Positions 1-11,793 of a stretch of DNA of 64,000 nucleotides are shown here, one piece after another. Numbering within the stretch: the stretch's first letter is position 1; each line of letters begins with the position of its first letter. The stretch is from Candidatus Komeilibacteria bacterium CG11_big_fil_rev_8_21_14_0_20_36_20. Lineage in GTDB: Bacteria; Patescibacteriota; Patescibacteriia; UBA1558; GWA2-36-10. A program made the translations under genes and the position numbers. The stretch lies in the NCBI GenBank assembly GCA_002787405.1, contig PCWQ01000007.1, forward strand, positions 166,250 through 230,249. Direction: 5' to 3'. Under the pieces are notes generated by a model. It worked only from the letters and a program-made list of their open reading frames with translations, had not been told where the DNA came from and made no database searches.

Positions 1-2
1 GT

Positions 3-1814
3 CATTACTTTAACCACATCTGGCCCAACCTCAGCGTCCTGTTGCAATGAGCCCATCTCGCCTGATTCCAATTCTGCTTCCATGTTTTCCAAAAAACTAT
101 GGACTGAAATATCAGTGGTTGCTTCTTCTTCCCAGTTTCTAATTTTTCTATAAAACTGATTAAGAAAATCCAACTGATCTTTATTATATTGACTTTCCTC
201 TAAAGTCAAAAATTTTAAATAATCACTATCTTCCAGCCAATGATAAATTATCTGCGAAACCGGTTTAGTTTTGGCTAATTCTGTATGCTTAGTTATATTA
301 TTTAATAACTGCTCAATAATTCTTTGATCATTAGCTGGAATATTAATATGCCCTTGATAATTTTTTAAAGCATAAAATAAACTCCAGCTTTTTTTACTAG
401 CTAAATGATTTAAATTTATAATTACATTAATATCCAGTCCGGTTACTGGCAAACTTAAAATTCTAAATAAGGCCGGTGATTCATGATAATTGTCTAACAA
501 TTTTAAATAAGCTGTAATATCCAAAACAATATCCTGCAAATACAAACCACGGGAAGCCATAAACTGATGAGGCATGCCAATTTTACGCATCATACTGACA
601 AACCCCTGAGCTTGATCATTGGCCCGAACCAAAATAGCAAAATCTGACCATTGAGTTGATGGGTCTAATTTTTTAATAGCGGCAATTTTATTTAAAACAC
701 CGTCAATTTCATCATTTTTGTCAGCAAAGGAAATTACCTCCACACTACCCTGACCTTGAGTATGACTGATTAACTCTTTATTTAAAGATTGCTTGCTTTT
801 TTTAAGTTGATATTCTAAACGATCTGGATTATTTTGCTGAATAAAATTATAAGCCGTGTCTAAAATCTTTTGACCTGAACGATAATTGTCTATTAAAAAT
901 ATTTCAGCTAGTTTTTTATTTTTACTAGCCCCATAATCTTTTTGAAAACTCAAAATATTAGAAACAGCGGCTCCCCGAAATTTATAAATAGACTGATCAT
1001 CATCGCCAACGACCATTAGATTATTCTTTGGCTCAGCCAAAATTTTAATTAATTCATACTGAGCCCAATTAGTGTCCTGAAATTCATCAACTAAAATATA
1101 TTTAAATTGATTTCTAAACTTTTTTAAAATAACTGGACGCTCTTGAAATAATTTTAAAGTATAATTTATTAAATCACCAAAATCCAAAGCATTATTTTCT
1201 AATAATAGCTGCTGATAAATATGATAGGCGTCAGCTACTTCACGGATTTTAAAAATCTCCTGCTCTATTTCTTCACGATCACCTGCCTGATCTGAATCCA
1301 AATGCAGATTTTCTGCATGTTCTAAATAATCTTCTGGATAAATAACTTCATCTTTACAACGAGAAAAATGATCAAGTAAGGCATGAATAAACCGAGTAGG
1401 GCTGCCTAGAGGTTTATAATAATCTAATTTAAATTTGTTCAGATTTTCTCTGACCAGCATCCAAGCGGCGGTTTTATCCAGAACTTTAAAATCATTAGAC
1501 AAACCAATATCTAAAGCGTAGTCTTTTAAAACTTTATCAGCAAAACCATGAAAAGTATGAATCCACAATTCTGAATAACCTAAAGGTAAAAGCTGATCAA
1601 CTCTTTCCATCATTTCAGTAGCTGCTTTTTCCGTAAAAGTAACGGCTAGAATCTCATCTGGTTGGGCTTTGCCCTGTTCAATTAAATAAGCAATTCTCTG
1701 GGTAATGACCGTGGTTTTCCCAGTGCCAGCTCCAGCAATTAAAATAACTGGTCCCTGATCATGCTGAACCGCCTTTTTCTGGGCTATATTTAAATATGAT
1801 AAATCTAGAGGCAT
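3..1814 (-). CDS. ATP-dependent DNA helicase UvrD/PcrA family (3' part runs off the window)
   Basis: Not in ORF track. Manual translation from ATG at 1814: MPLDLSYLNIAQKKAVQHDQGPVILIAGAGTGKTTVITQRIAYL...LAVTFTEKAA; later LVDEFQDTN and VGDDDQSIYKFRGA motifs. Confidence 0.95.
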   Translation of the reverse strand, partial: MPLDLSYLNIAQKKAVQHDQGPVILIAGAGTGKTTVITQRIAYLIEQGKAQPDEILAVTFTEKAATEMMERVDQLLPLGYSELWIHTFHGFADKVLKDYALDIGLSNDFKVLDKTAAWMLVRENLNKFKLDYYKPLGSPTRFIHALLDHFSRCKDEVIYPEDYLEHAENLHLDSDQAGDREEIEQEIFKIREVADAYHIYQQLLLENNALDFGDLINYTLKLFQERPVILKKFRNQFKYILVDEFQDTNWAQYELIKILAEPKNNLMVVGDDDQSIYKFRGAAVSNILSFQKDYGASKNKKLAEIFLIDNYRSGQKILDTAYNFIQQNNPDRLEYQLKKSKQSLNKELISHTQGQGSVEVISFADKNDEIDGVLNKIAAIKKLDPSTQWSDFAILVRANDQAQGFVSMMRKIGMPHQFMASRGLYLQDIVLDITAYLKLLDNYHESPALFRILSLPVTGLDINVIINLNHLASKKSWSLFYALKNYQGHINIPANDQRIIEQLLNNITKHTELAKTKPVSQIIYHWLEDSDYLKFLTLEESQYNKDQLDFLNQFYRKIRNWEEEATTDISVHSFLENMEAELESGEMGSLQQDAEVGPDVVKVM

Positions 1815-1840
1815 GGCTTTATTTTAACTAAAAAGAAAAT

Positions 1841-1867
1841 AAAAAACAATCCCGTGATGCGGGATTG
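1841..1867 (-). terminator. Intrinsic terminator of the atp operon
   Basis: CAATCCCG-N5-CGGGATTG stem followed by a T-run on the minus strand. Confidence 0.8.
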
Positions 1868-1878
1868 CTAGAGCAATA

Positions 1879-2328
1879 TTATTCCACAATAATATATTCC
1901 AATCCTTGTGGATGAGCCCTACTGTAAGCCATGATGATTTCTAGATCATCCGGCAATTCCTTGGCCAAAATTTCTTTGGCCCTTAGTAAATCTTTTTTAT
2001 AAGTCTCCTCCTCTTCTTCAGCTGAAGAAAAATTCTTACTACCCCCATATCCGCCACAATCCCAGTGCCAAAGAAGTAATAATTTTTCAACGCCGTGTAA
2101 ATTTTTGGAAACTGAAACTACCTTTTCAATAAAAGAGGTTTTAAAACCGTTATCGTTTAAAATCTCCTTTCCGCTACCTGGCCAGGCAAATAAATCAAAC
2201 TTATCATATCCTAATGCTTCCTCGATAAATTCCTGATCAGATTTGCGAAACCTGAAATCAATGCATTTGATCACTGCCAAAGGACAATGATGTTCGTTTA
2301 AATTGTCGTTGGGAACTATGAAACTCAT
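1879..2328 (-). CDS. Putative beta-class carbonic anhydrase
   Basis: CxDxR (CIDFR) and HxxC (HWDCGGY) zinc-ligand motifs; SD AAAGGAG. Confidence 0.75.
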   Translation of the reverse strand: MSFIVPNDNLNEHHCPLAVIKCIDFRFRKSDQEFIEEALGYDKFDLFAWPGSGKEILNDNGFKTSFIEKVVSVSKNLHGVEKLLLLWHWDCGGYGGSKNFSSAEEEEETYKKDLLRAKEILAKELPDDLEIIMAYSRAHPQGLEYIIVE

Positions 2329-2339
2329 AAAATCTCCTT

Positions 2340-2780
2340 TTAACTATTTAATCCTGTTCTTATCCCTCGCTTCTTATATTTTCTAGCCACTTTCAATCGG
2401 ACTAATTCTTTTTCTATTTGCGCAGTAAGGAAAGCAAATTCTTTAGCATCAACCACTTTGGTCTTCAATATCTCTTCAGCCCTCTGGCGGGCCTGTTCGG
2501 CTTTCTGTTCATCTATCTCTTCGGCCCTTTCAGCTGTATCAACTAGAACCACCACTTGATCTGGCAAAACTTCAACAAATCCACCGGAAATTGCCATTAG
2601 ATCTTCCTCATTACCGTTATACTTTACACTAATTTCACCAGCTGTCAACTGGCTAACTAAAGGAATATGTTGAGGCAGAATCGTAATCTGCCCAGTAGTG
2701 GTGGACAAAGACACCTGGCTTATTTTTTCGGAAAAAACTATTCTTTCAGGAGTAACAATTTTTAAATTAATTTCTTTCAT
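2340..2780 (-). CDS. atpC: ATP synthase F1 epsilon
   Basis: IVTPE, GQITILPQHIPL, GGFVEV motifs; operon position. Confidence 0.97.
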   Translation of the reverse strand: MKEINLKIVTPERIVFSEKISQVSLSTTTGQITILPQHIPLVSQLTAGEISVKYNGNEEDLMAISGGFVEVLPDQVVVLVDTAERAEEIDEQKAEQARQRAEEILKTKVVDAKEFAFLTAQIEKELVRLKVARKYKKRGIRTGLNS

Positions 2781-2785
2781 AAAAA

Positions 2786-4168
<1,383 letters not shown>

Positions 4169-4175
4169 TTAATTA

Positions 4176-5093
4176 TTATTGTAAAGCCGCTGTGCCAGCT
4201 GAAATTTCAGCAATCTCGGCGGTAATTCCGGCTTGCCTGGCTTGATTATAAGCTAAAGTTAATTCATCAATCATATCTCCGGCGGCATCAGAAGCATTTC
4301 TCATAGCTAGCATACGCGCGGAATGCTCTGAAGCTTCGCTTTCCAAAACCGCTTGAAAAATTTGGATCTCCACTAACCTCGGCAAAAAAGAATTAAGTAT
4401 TTCTTTTCTACTGGGCTCAAAAAGAAAATCTGAAAAATTCTCAACATTAATATTTACAATCTCTTTTTCTTTTTGATGAGTAATATAGCCCAATCTTTCA
4501 TCTATTTCCGGAACAATCGGCAAAAGCTGTCGCACATGCGGCTGCTGCTGCAAAGATGAAGCAAAATCTGTATAGGCCACAAATACTTTGTCGTATTTAC
4601 GGGCTATAAAGTCTTTAACTACCATGTGAGTAATCGGATTAATTATAGTTGAACTCTGGGTAATATCCTCTTTGGCAAAATCAGCCATAATATTTAAATG
4701 ATGACGACGAGCCTCATTCCGGCCTTTGCTACCAAAAGTAATGACATCAGTCACCCGCGTGTCTGGATGATGTAATTTAATTGAATCAACAACTTTCTGC
4801 ACTAACTGAAGATTAAAACTACCGCATAGCCCTCGATTAGTGCTAATCAAAACTATGAGGACATTGCGGACTTCTTTGCTTTCTCTAAAAAAAGGATGGC
4901 GGCTGGTGTCTAATTTTTTGACTAAATGCAAAACAGTATTCCAAGCTAAATCGGCATAGCTTCGAGTAGCCAGCACTTTAGCGACCGCCTTGCGCATTTT
5001 GGCCGCCGCCACCAATTCCATCGCTTTGGTAATCTTTTTGGTGTTTTTAACTGACTTGATTCTTCTTTGAATGTCTCTGGTTGCTTGAGGCAT
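4176..5093 (-). CDS. atpG: ATP synthase F1 gamma
   Basis: KITKAMELVAAAK, RGLCGSFN, YNQARQAGITAEI. Confidence 0.99.
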   Translation of the reverse strand: MPQATRDIQRRIKSVKNTKKITKAMELVAAAKMRKAVAKVLATRSYADLAWNTVLHLVKKLDTSRHPFFRESKEVRNVLIVLISTNRGLCGSFNLQLVQKVVDSIKLHHPDTRVTDVITFGSKGRNEARRHHLNIMADFAKEDITQSSTIINPITHMVVKDFIARKYDKVFVAYTDFASSLQQQPHVRQLLPIVPEIDERLGYITHQKEKEIVNINVENFSDFLFEPSRKEILNSFLPRLVEIQIFQAVLESEASEHSARMLAMRNASDAAGDMIDELTLAYNQARQAGITAEIAEISAGTAALQ

Positions 5094-5137
5094 AAAATTT
5101 TAGTTAAAAGTTTAAAGTAAAAAGTATAAAGTGCTTT

Positions 5138-6667
5138 CTACTTTTTATTTTCCACTATATCTTCCAATTCAACTAACTCGTTAATAATCTTTTTTAATTT
5201 TTTTTCGTCTTTAGCCACTAACTCGCCTGTTTTTTCAATATTATCTAAAAGATCTTTGGCTTCGCTGTCTAACTTGGTGAATAATTTATCTTCAAAGGCA
5301 GCTAAATTTTCTAAAGGCACCTGATCTAAATGTCCGTTAGAGACAGCATAAATAATAGCCACCTGCTTTGGCTGAGGCAAAGGATTAAATTGCCCTTGCT
5401 TTAATATTTCAGTTACTCGAGCACCTCGATTCAACTGTTGTCGAGTATTTTCATCAAGATCAGAACCAAATTGGGCAAAGGCCTCTAGCTCCCTGAACTG
5501 GGCTAAGTCCAGTTTTAATTTACCAGCCACTTTTTTCATGGCTTTAATCTGAGCAGCTGAACCAACTCGAGAAACTGATAGTCCGGCATTTAAAGCCGGG
5601 CGAATACCTTTATAGAATAAATCTGTTTCCAAAAAAATCTGTCCGTCAGTAATCGAAATAACATTGGTAGGGATATAAGCAGAAATGTCTCCGGCTTGAG
5701 TTTCAATAATCGGCAAGGCAGTTAAAGATCCGCCTCCCAACTTATCGCTCATTCTAGCGGCTCGTTCTAACAAACGGGAATGAAGATAAAAAACATCTCC
5801 GGGATAAGCTTCCCGACCTGGTGGTCGGCGTAACAATAATGAAATCTGACGATAAGCGACAGCGTGTTTTGATAAATCATCATAAATCAACAAAACATCT
5901 TGGCCTTTGTCCATAAAATATTCTCCCATGGCCACGCCGGCATAAGGAGCAATGTATGATAGAGAAGCAGAATCGGAAGCTCCGGCCAAAACAACTGTGG
6001 TGTAATCCATTGATCCGGTTTCTTCCAGTTTGGCTACTATCCTGGCTATTTTAGATTCTTTCTGGCCAATAGCGACATAGATACAGATAACATCTTTGCC
6101 CTTTTGATTAATAATAGTGTCAATGGCTAGAGCTGTTTTACCAGTCTGGCGATCACCAATAATCAATTCTCTTTGGCCTTTGCCAATAGGAATAATAGAA
6201 TCAATTACTTTAATACCAGTTTGCAAGGGCTCGTTAACTGACTGACGGGCAATTACTCCCGGAGCAATTTTTTCTACAGGATAAAATTCCTTGGCTTCTA
6301 TTTTGCCTTTACCGTCAATCGGCTCTCCCAAAGGATTAACTACACGACCAACTAATGATTGGCCAACTGGCACTGATAAAACTCTCTTAGTACGACGAAC
6401 TTTATCGCCTTCTTTTAATGAGCCATACTCACCTAAAATAATAGCGCCAATAGAAAATTCTTCCAGATTCAAAGCCACACCATAAATTTTTTCACCAGTT
6501 GATGTTTCAAACTCAAGCATCTCTGAAGACATAGCGTCTGATAAACCAGAAACTTGAGCAATGCCATCACCAATTTCAATTACTTCGCCAATAGTTTCTT
6601 CAGCCACGGTTGACTGATAACCTTCTAGTTGTTTTTGTAGACTCTTTACTAAATAATCGTAGGACAT
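5138..6667 (-). CDS. atpA: ATP synthase F1 alpha
   Basis: [31 protein letters not shown]. Confidence 0.99.
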   Translation of the reverse strand: MSYDYLVKSLQKQLEGYQSTVAEETIGEVIEIGDGIAQVSGLSDAMSSEMLEFETSTGEKIYGVALNLEEFSIGAIILGEYGSLKEGDKVRRTKRVLSVPVGQSLVGRVVNPLGEPIDGKGKIEAKEFYPVEKIAPGVIARQSVNEPLQTGIKVIDSIIPIGKGQRELIIGDRQTGKTALAIDTIINQKGKDVICIYVAIGQKESKIARIVAKLEETGSMDYTTVVLAGASDSASLSYIAPYAGVAMGEYFMDKGQDVLLIYDDLSKHAVAYRQISLLLRRPPGREAYPGDVFYLHSRLLERAARMSDKLGGGSLTALPIIETQAGDISAYIPTNVISITDGQIFLETDLFYKGIRPALNAGLSVSRVGSAAQIKAMKKVAGKLKLDLAQFRELEAFAQFGSDLDENTRQQLNRGARVTEILKQGQFNPLPQPKQVAIIYAVSNGHLDQVPLENLAAFEDKLFTKLDSEAKDLLDNIEKTGELVAKDEKKLKKIINELVELEDIVENKK

Positions 6668-6671
6668 ATTT

Positions 6672-7076
6672 TTAAGTATTTAATTGCTTGGTTAAACTAT
6701 TTAATTGATTTTTTAAAGACAAATCAATTATTTTATCTTTATATCTAATGATTGCTCCACCAATTAATCGATCATCTTTGCCCTGCTTAATTTTGATTTG
6801 ACTAGCAGTTTTATTTTCTATTAATTCAGAAATCTCCTTAATTTCTTTCTGAGATAAATCATATTTTGATAATATTTCAGTAGCAACAATATTATGCCCC
6901 TCAAAATATAATTGTTCTAAATGATTTAAAATATTAGGCGCTAGATTTACTAAATGCTTTTGTTTTAAATAATTCAAAAAATTTTCAACAATCTCTTCGG
7001 CTTGTTTGGCTGGCTTATCTTTTATGGAAAGATAAACGCTTTGGGCTAATATTCTGGCTTGATTCTTCTTTTTCAT
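6672..7076 (-). CDS. atpH: ATP synthase F1 delta (short)
   Basis: [18 protein letters not shown]-terminal OSCP motif; operon position. Confidence 0.92.
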   Translation of the reverse strand: MKKKNQARILAQSVYLSIKDKPAKQAEEIVENFLNYLKQKHLVNLAPNILNHLEQLYFEGHNIVATEILSKYDLSQKEIKEISELIENKTASQIKIKQGKDDRLIGGAIIRYKDKIIDLSLKNQLNSLTKQLNT

Positions 7077-7570
7077 TACTTAATATCTTTTAAAACCTGA
7101 TCAATATATTTTTGGTCAATATCTTTGCTTAATCCTTTTGCTAAAATTTTCTGCAAAGCAGCCACTATTATCTCCACCACATCTTTTTTAACTTCAGAAA
7201 CCATAACGGTTTTTTCACTGGCAATCTGCTCTTTGGCTTTAATGATAATATTAGCTACTTCTTGCTTGGTTTTTTCAATCTCAGCTTTGCGGCTAACTTC
7301 AGAATTCTTTTTGGCAGTAGTTAAAATATCAGCTGCTTCTGTTTTGGTCTGCTGGAGTTGCTCTTTAATTTCTTTTTCTACCTGATCAAGGCGCTCAGTG
7401 GCTGTCTGGGCATCAGACAAACCTTTGGCTATCTCATTATTTCTTTCCTGCATTTTTTTAGTCAATGGCTTTAAAGCAAAAAACCAAAGCACAATAATAA
7501 CTATCGCAAAATTAATCAATTGGGCGATCATTAATTTCCAATCAATGCCGAATAAATTTAAAATTTCCAT
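7076..7570 (-). CDS. atpF: ATP synthase Fo b subunit
   Basis: N-terminal TM (IAQLINF) plus coiled coil; operon position. Confidence 0.96.
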   Translation of the reverse strand: MEILNLFGIDWKLMIAQLINFAIVIIVLWFFALKPLTKKMQERNNEIAKGLSDAQTATERLDQVEKEIKEQLQQTKTEAADILTTAKKNSEVSRKAEIEKTKQEVANIIIKAKEQIASEKTVMVSEVKKDVVEIIVAALQKILAKGLSKDIDQKYIDQVLKDIK

Positions 7571-7594
7571 ATTTATAAAATTAATTGCTTAATT

Positions 7595-7621
7595 GCGCCC
7601 TGTATTTATAATACAGAACGC
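7595..7621 (-). promoter_or_regulatory. Stem-loop downstream of atpE
   Basis: Minus strand GCGTTCTGTATT/AATACAGGGCGC pairs with G-U wobbles. Confidence 0.55.
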
Positions 7622-7634
7622 TAAAAACAATCGA

Positions 7635-7904
<270 letters not shown>

Positions 7905-7935
7905 CTACTCTTATTAAATTAATGATTAACTGGAC

Positions 7936-7996
7936 AAAATAAGATTTGAGCGATTTTGAAAGAACATTTTTTCGTTGCTTGCTCAAATCCTATTTT
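7936..7996 (-). promoter_or_regulatory. 16-bp stem-loop between atpB and atpE
   Basis: AAAATAAGATTTGAGC (7936-7951) and GCTCAAATCCTATTTT (7981-7996); the single mismatch is a G-U pair in the mRNA. Confidence 0.6.
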
Positions 7997-8002
7997 ATAA
8001 AG

Positions 8003-8878
8003 TTAATGCTCATGGGCGGTGGAAGCGATCGTAAAATAAACCAAAGTTAAAACCGCAAAAATCAAGGCCTGAATAACACCGATAATTATTTCCAAAAAGA
8101 TAAATGGCAAAGGCACACCAAAAGCAATCAGAGCGGAAATGGAAGCCAGCAAAACCTCACCGGCAAAAACATTACCGAATAACCTGAAAGACAAGGAAGC
8201 AATTTTAGCCACTTCACTGACGATTTCAATAAAGCCGACAAAAAAATGAATGGGATTAATAAAAAGAACAGTGGGATCTTTAGTCACTTTAGCCGGAATA
8301 GCCAGAATGGCCTTAAGATTAATAAACTTATTAAAATAATTCCAGCCGCCGACTACGATAACACCAAAAATATTAGCGGCGATAACGGAAAATAACCCTA
8401 AAGCCAAGGTGGTATTTAAATCAGCTGTGCCACCTCGAAACAAAGAATGGCCGTCAAAGCTGATAGAACCGACGCCCGGCAATAACCCCAGCCAATTATT
8501 AAAAAGAATAAAAATAAAAATACAAAAAATCACCGGAAAAATTCGACGACTTTTCTGGCGATCATTAGTGACTAAGTCCATCATATTCAAGGCGCCATCA
8601 ATAATCATTTCAACGACGCTCTGAAAAACCGAAGGAATTTTTTTAATTTTAAATCTAATAATTAAAGACAAAATAATAATTAAAAAAACTGCCAACCAAG
8701 AAGTGAGCAGTGAATTTGTCACCGTAAAATTACCAATGTTAAAAACCGGCTCGGCATATAAAGTATGCGCATGTTCCTCATGAGCGCTATGCTCCTGATG
8801 AGTATCTTGTCCCAGCAAGAGAACCTCTTCTGATGAAGCTGATTCGCTTTGTGAATGACTATTACTTTTTGTTTCCAT
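8003..8878 (-). CDS. atpB: ATP synthase Fo a subunit
   Basis: SLSFRLFGNVFAGE, IQALIF motifs. Confidence 0.98.
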   Translation of the reverse strand: METKSNSHSQSESASSEEVLLLGQDTHQEHSAHEEHAHTLYAEPVFNIGNFTVTNSLLTSWLAVFLIIILSLIIRFKIKKIPSVFQSVVEMIIDGALNMMDLVTNDRQKSRRIFPVIFCIFIFILFNNWLGLLPGVGSISFDGHSLFRGGTADLNTTLALGLFSVIAANIFGVIVVGGWNYFNKFINLKAILAIPAKVTKDPTVLFINPIHFFVGFIEIVSEVAKIASLSFRLFGNVFAGEVLLASISALIAFGVPLPFIFLEIIIGVIQALIFAVLTLVYFTIASTAHEH

Positions 8879-9179
8879 TTGTTATCTTGTCTTCCTCTTT
8901 ATTCTTATCTAAATTTTTATTTTTATCTTCTAAATCAATTTCTTTAATATATTTTATGCCCGTCATGCCAATGCCAATACAGGAGATGATAAAAGCTAAA
9001 ATAGTTAAACTTAGAAAATACAAGGGCTTGGTCTGATATTTCTGATCCAGCCAATTGCCTAAAAATAAAGCTCCTATAACCGGCACGGCAATCCAGCCAG
9101 TGCTTTGGGCAAACATCATCAGCCCTTTTTGCCACCAATTGTCTTGCTTATTAGCGCTTTTTTTATTATCAACTGGCAT
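8862..9179 (-). CDS. AtpZ/AtpI family protein
   Basis: Two TMs with GNWLDQKY; first gene of the atp operon. Confidence 0.85.
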   Translation of the reverse strand: MPVDNKKSANKQDNWWQKGLMMFAQSTGWIAVPVIGALFLGNWLDQKYQTKPLYFLSLTILAFIISCIGIGMTGIKYIKEIDLEDKNKNLDKNKEEDKITNGNKK

Positions 9180-9267
9180 ATTTATATTAAAAAACTGCTA
9201 AGAAAAAGCGGCTCCATTATATAACTTTGCCACTAAAAAGTCAATATATGTTAAATTATTCTAAGGA

Positions 9268-9296
9268 TTGACATAATAGATAAAATATGATATTTT
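9268..9296 (+). promoter_or_regulatory. Sigma70 promoter
   Basis: TTGACA-17-TATTTT with extended -10 TG. Confidence 0.7.
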
Positions 9297-9344
9297 ACAG
9301 CATTGCTCATTTTTCATTCAAACCATTAAATAGGAGACAAAACG

Positions 9345-10010
9345 ATGTATTGGATTATACGGCTCTTAGCGTATGTTGGAATTCTTCGCATTGTTGACTT
9401 GATGTATAACGATAAGAAAATCCGACAAGGAAAAATTCTGGGTGAGAATAAAACTCATTTTTGTATCAAGGCTATGGTGGCAATGGGTTTCTTTTATCGA
9501 TACCGCTGGGATTGGGTATCAAAATCAGACCCTGCAATTTGCAAAATTCGATGGAATCCGCAAGCCAAACTTGCCCTAACTGTAATATTATGTCTGGTAA
9601 TTATCGGTCCTTATGTCTTACTGCATCAACTGACACCTATCAATTATGGCTTCACTGAAATAGATGAAATCACAGGACTGCCCGTGGCTGGCTATATATT
9701 TTATCCGGACAAGCTGCCTGATGGCCATTACACAGTTGAAAAAGTAGTCTCAGACGGTGCTGATGCCCTTATTATCCAACATCAACCCGGTCCTTATCGT
9801 GATTTCGCCTACTATGTTCATATGAATGTAGAAGACAATGTTCCTGACAATTGTCAGGACGGTCAACGCTTTGAAATTTTTCAAGCAAAAATAGTAAACG
9901 AAAACCCACCGAGCAACGCTCGGTGGTATTTTTTATCTCTTTTCAAAAAACCCCTCTGGAGATGTTTATTTTTTGTTAAAAAATTATTCTTTAGGCACAA
10001 CCAAAATTAA
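9345..10010 (+). CDS. Hypothetical membrane protein (orphan unit; C-terminus probably read-through)
   Basis: 221 aa ORF, SD TAGGAG, own promoter, TM segment. Confidence 0.7.
   Translation: MYWIIRLLAYVGILRIVDLMYNDKKIRQGKILGENKTHFCIKAMVAMGFFYRYRWDWVSKSDPAICKIRWNPQAKLALTVILCLVIIGPYVLLHQLTPINYGFTEIDEITGLPVAGYIFYPDKLPDGHYTVEKVVSDGADALIIQHQPGPYRDFAYYVHMNVEDNVPDNCQDGQRFEIFQAKIVNENPPSNARWYFLSLFKKPLWRCLFFVKKLFFRHNQN
9906..9934 (+). terminator. Intrinsic terminator inside the 3' end of ORF 9345
   Basis: CCACCGAGC-AAC-GCTCGGTGG followed by TATTTTTT. Confidence 0.75.
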
Positions 10011-10187
10011 ATAAAAGCTAATTAATATCAAAGCCGGACCAAAATACATTAAATAGTTGGAGATAAAAAACCACGAAGTAAAATAAGAAATTAATTTAAG
10101 CACCAGACCGGCTAAACCAATTATTAATAAAATAATTCCAGATTTTTTGTAATTCATAGGCACAAATCCTGTCATGTATTTTTTCAT
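9984..10187 (-). CDS. Small two-TM membrane protein
   Basis: 67 aa ORF with two hydrophobic helices. Confidence 0.7.
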   Translation of the reverse strand: MKKYMTGFVPMNYKKSGIILLIIGLAGLVLKLISYFTSWFFISNYLMYFGPALILISFYLILVVPKE

Positions 10188-10219
10188 ATGTTTTGATATT
10201 AAATCGCACCTATCCGCTT

Positions 10220-10677
10220 TTAGTTTGTGCGTTTATAAACTACTCCTTTGTCTTTGCTAATCTCTTTAAGCCATTCTAATACCTCCGGATACGACTTATT
10301 AAAATCTTGTAAAGCGTCAGCTGGATCAATAATATTATCCGGCTTTTTGGGATCATTAAAATGGACCTCAGCTTTGGGATCTGACATATTATTACCTTGC
10401 ACAAGGTTTAAACTAGCATGACCAAATAGATTACGTAATTTGTTTAAATGTTCTAATTTTTGAAATTCAGCACTATATTTATTCTCGCCCAAAATTTGTT
10501 TTAATATTGTCTTTTTGAAACCAAATGAAGACATCTCATTATTAAGTACATCTATAACGAAGTTTTATCTACTTGTTTTAAATAATGCACCGAAATAATC
10601 ATATTAATCATTAATTCAATGCCCACAAACGCATCAATCACTTCACCTCTTCGCAAAACTATCTCTTGTTTATTCAT
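10220..10677 (-). pseudogene. Frameshifted HEPN-like (MtlR-like) protein
   Basis: ATG at 10677 gives MNKQEIVLRRGEVIDAFVGIELMINMIISVHYLKQVDK, then a frameshift near 10563 into the frame NFVIDVLNNEMSSFG...LRNLFGH (RX4H). Confidence 0.7.
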
Positions 10678-10748
10678 AACTAGAATTAAAATTATTTATA
10701 TAATATATTACTTTTTTAACCCCCACTATTTGAATTAATTTGCACTCC

Positions 10749-11792
10749 CTACTCCAACCTCGGCTTGTCCACATCCTCCAACTCCAAAGCACTCTCTTTA
10801 CCACTTACTTTCAAAATATCTTTGTCTATCTTCTTAAATTCTTTATTACTAAAATTATAAGTATTAGCAACAGTACTAAGCTGGTTGCCTAATTTCTGAT
10901 GATATTCACCATAAGCAGCCAAATGCTTTTGCAATTTTTCAACATTCTGACGAATCTCTTTAGCTGACTCTTCAATCTGTAAGGCCTTCAAACCCTGCAA
11001 AACTGTTTGTAGATAAGCCGCAAAGGTAGTTGGTGAAACAATAATTACTTTCTTTTCATTAAAAGCATAATCAATCAAAGACCTAGTATTTACTTTGACG
11101 GCACCGACTTCATTTATTAATAAATCATAGTAGATTCCTTCAGCTGGAATAAACATAAAAGCAAAATCTAAAGTATCTTCATTAGGACGAATATATTTGG
11201 AGGTTTCGTCAATTCTTTTTTTTAAATCATTTTTAAATTCTTTTTCTAAAATTGCTTTTTTGTCTTTATCGTTTTCGCCTAAAATCCGACGATAATTTTC
11301 CAGAGAAAATTTAGCATCAACTGGCAAAATTTTATCTTTAATTTTAACAACCGCATCAACGGCTTCGCCATTTTTAAAATGATACTGGGTCTGATAGGAT
11401 TGAGGCGGCAGAATATTACTTAAAATCAATTCCAAACTGGCTTCACCTAATGCTCCCCTATTTTTTGAATTAGTCAAAACTTTTTCCAGATTCTGCAATT
11501 GATCTGTAAAACCGATCACCTGCTTGTTGGTTTCCTCTAACTTCAAAAGTTTCTCGGTCATGTCTTTTGAAATACGAGAAGTTTCCATAAACTGATCCTG
11601 CAGCATCTTGGAAGAATGTTGCGTAGTCTTATCAATCTTCTCTCCTAAATGTTGGGTTAAATCACCTAATTGCTGTTGCAACATTAACATTGCTTTATCA
11701 TCTTTAACTTCAGTTGGTTTTTGATTCTTTATTATCAACCAAATAATAATAGCTAGCCCAACTACGATTAAAATTGTATTTAAATATTCCAT
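10749..11792 (-). CDS. rmuC: DNA recombination protein RmuC
   Basis: N-terminal TM, RGALGE, PVDAKF, DFAFMFIPAEGIY, VSPTT. Confidence 0.95.
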   Translation of the reverse strand: MEYLNTILIVVGLAIIIWLIIKNQKPTEVKDDKAMLMLQQQLGDLTQHLGEKIDKTTQHSSKMLQDQFMETSRISKDMTEKLLKLEETNKQVIGFTDQLQNLEKVLTNSKNRGALGEASLELILSNILPPQSYQTQYHFKNGEAVDAVVKIKDKILPVDAKFSLENYRRILGENDKDKKAILEKEFKNDLKKRIDETSKYIRPNEDTLDFAFMFIPAEGIYYDLLINEVGAVKVNTRSLIDYAFNEKKVIIVSPTTFAAYLQTVLQGLKALQIEESAKEIRQNVEKLQKHLAAYGEYHQKLGNQLSTVANTYNFSNKEFKKIDKDILKVSGKESALELEDVDKPRLE

Positions 11793-11793
11793 A

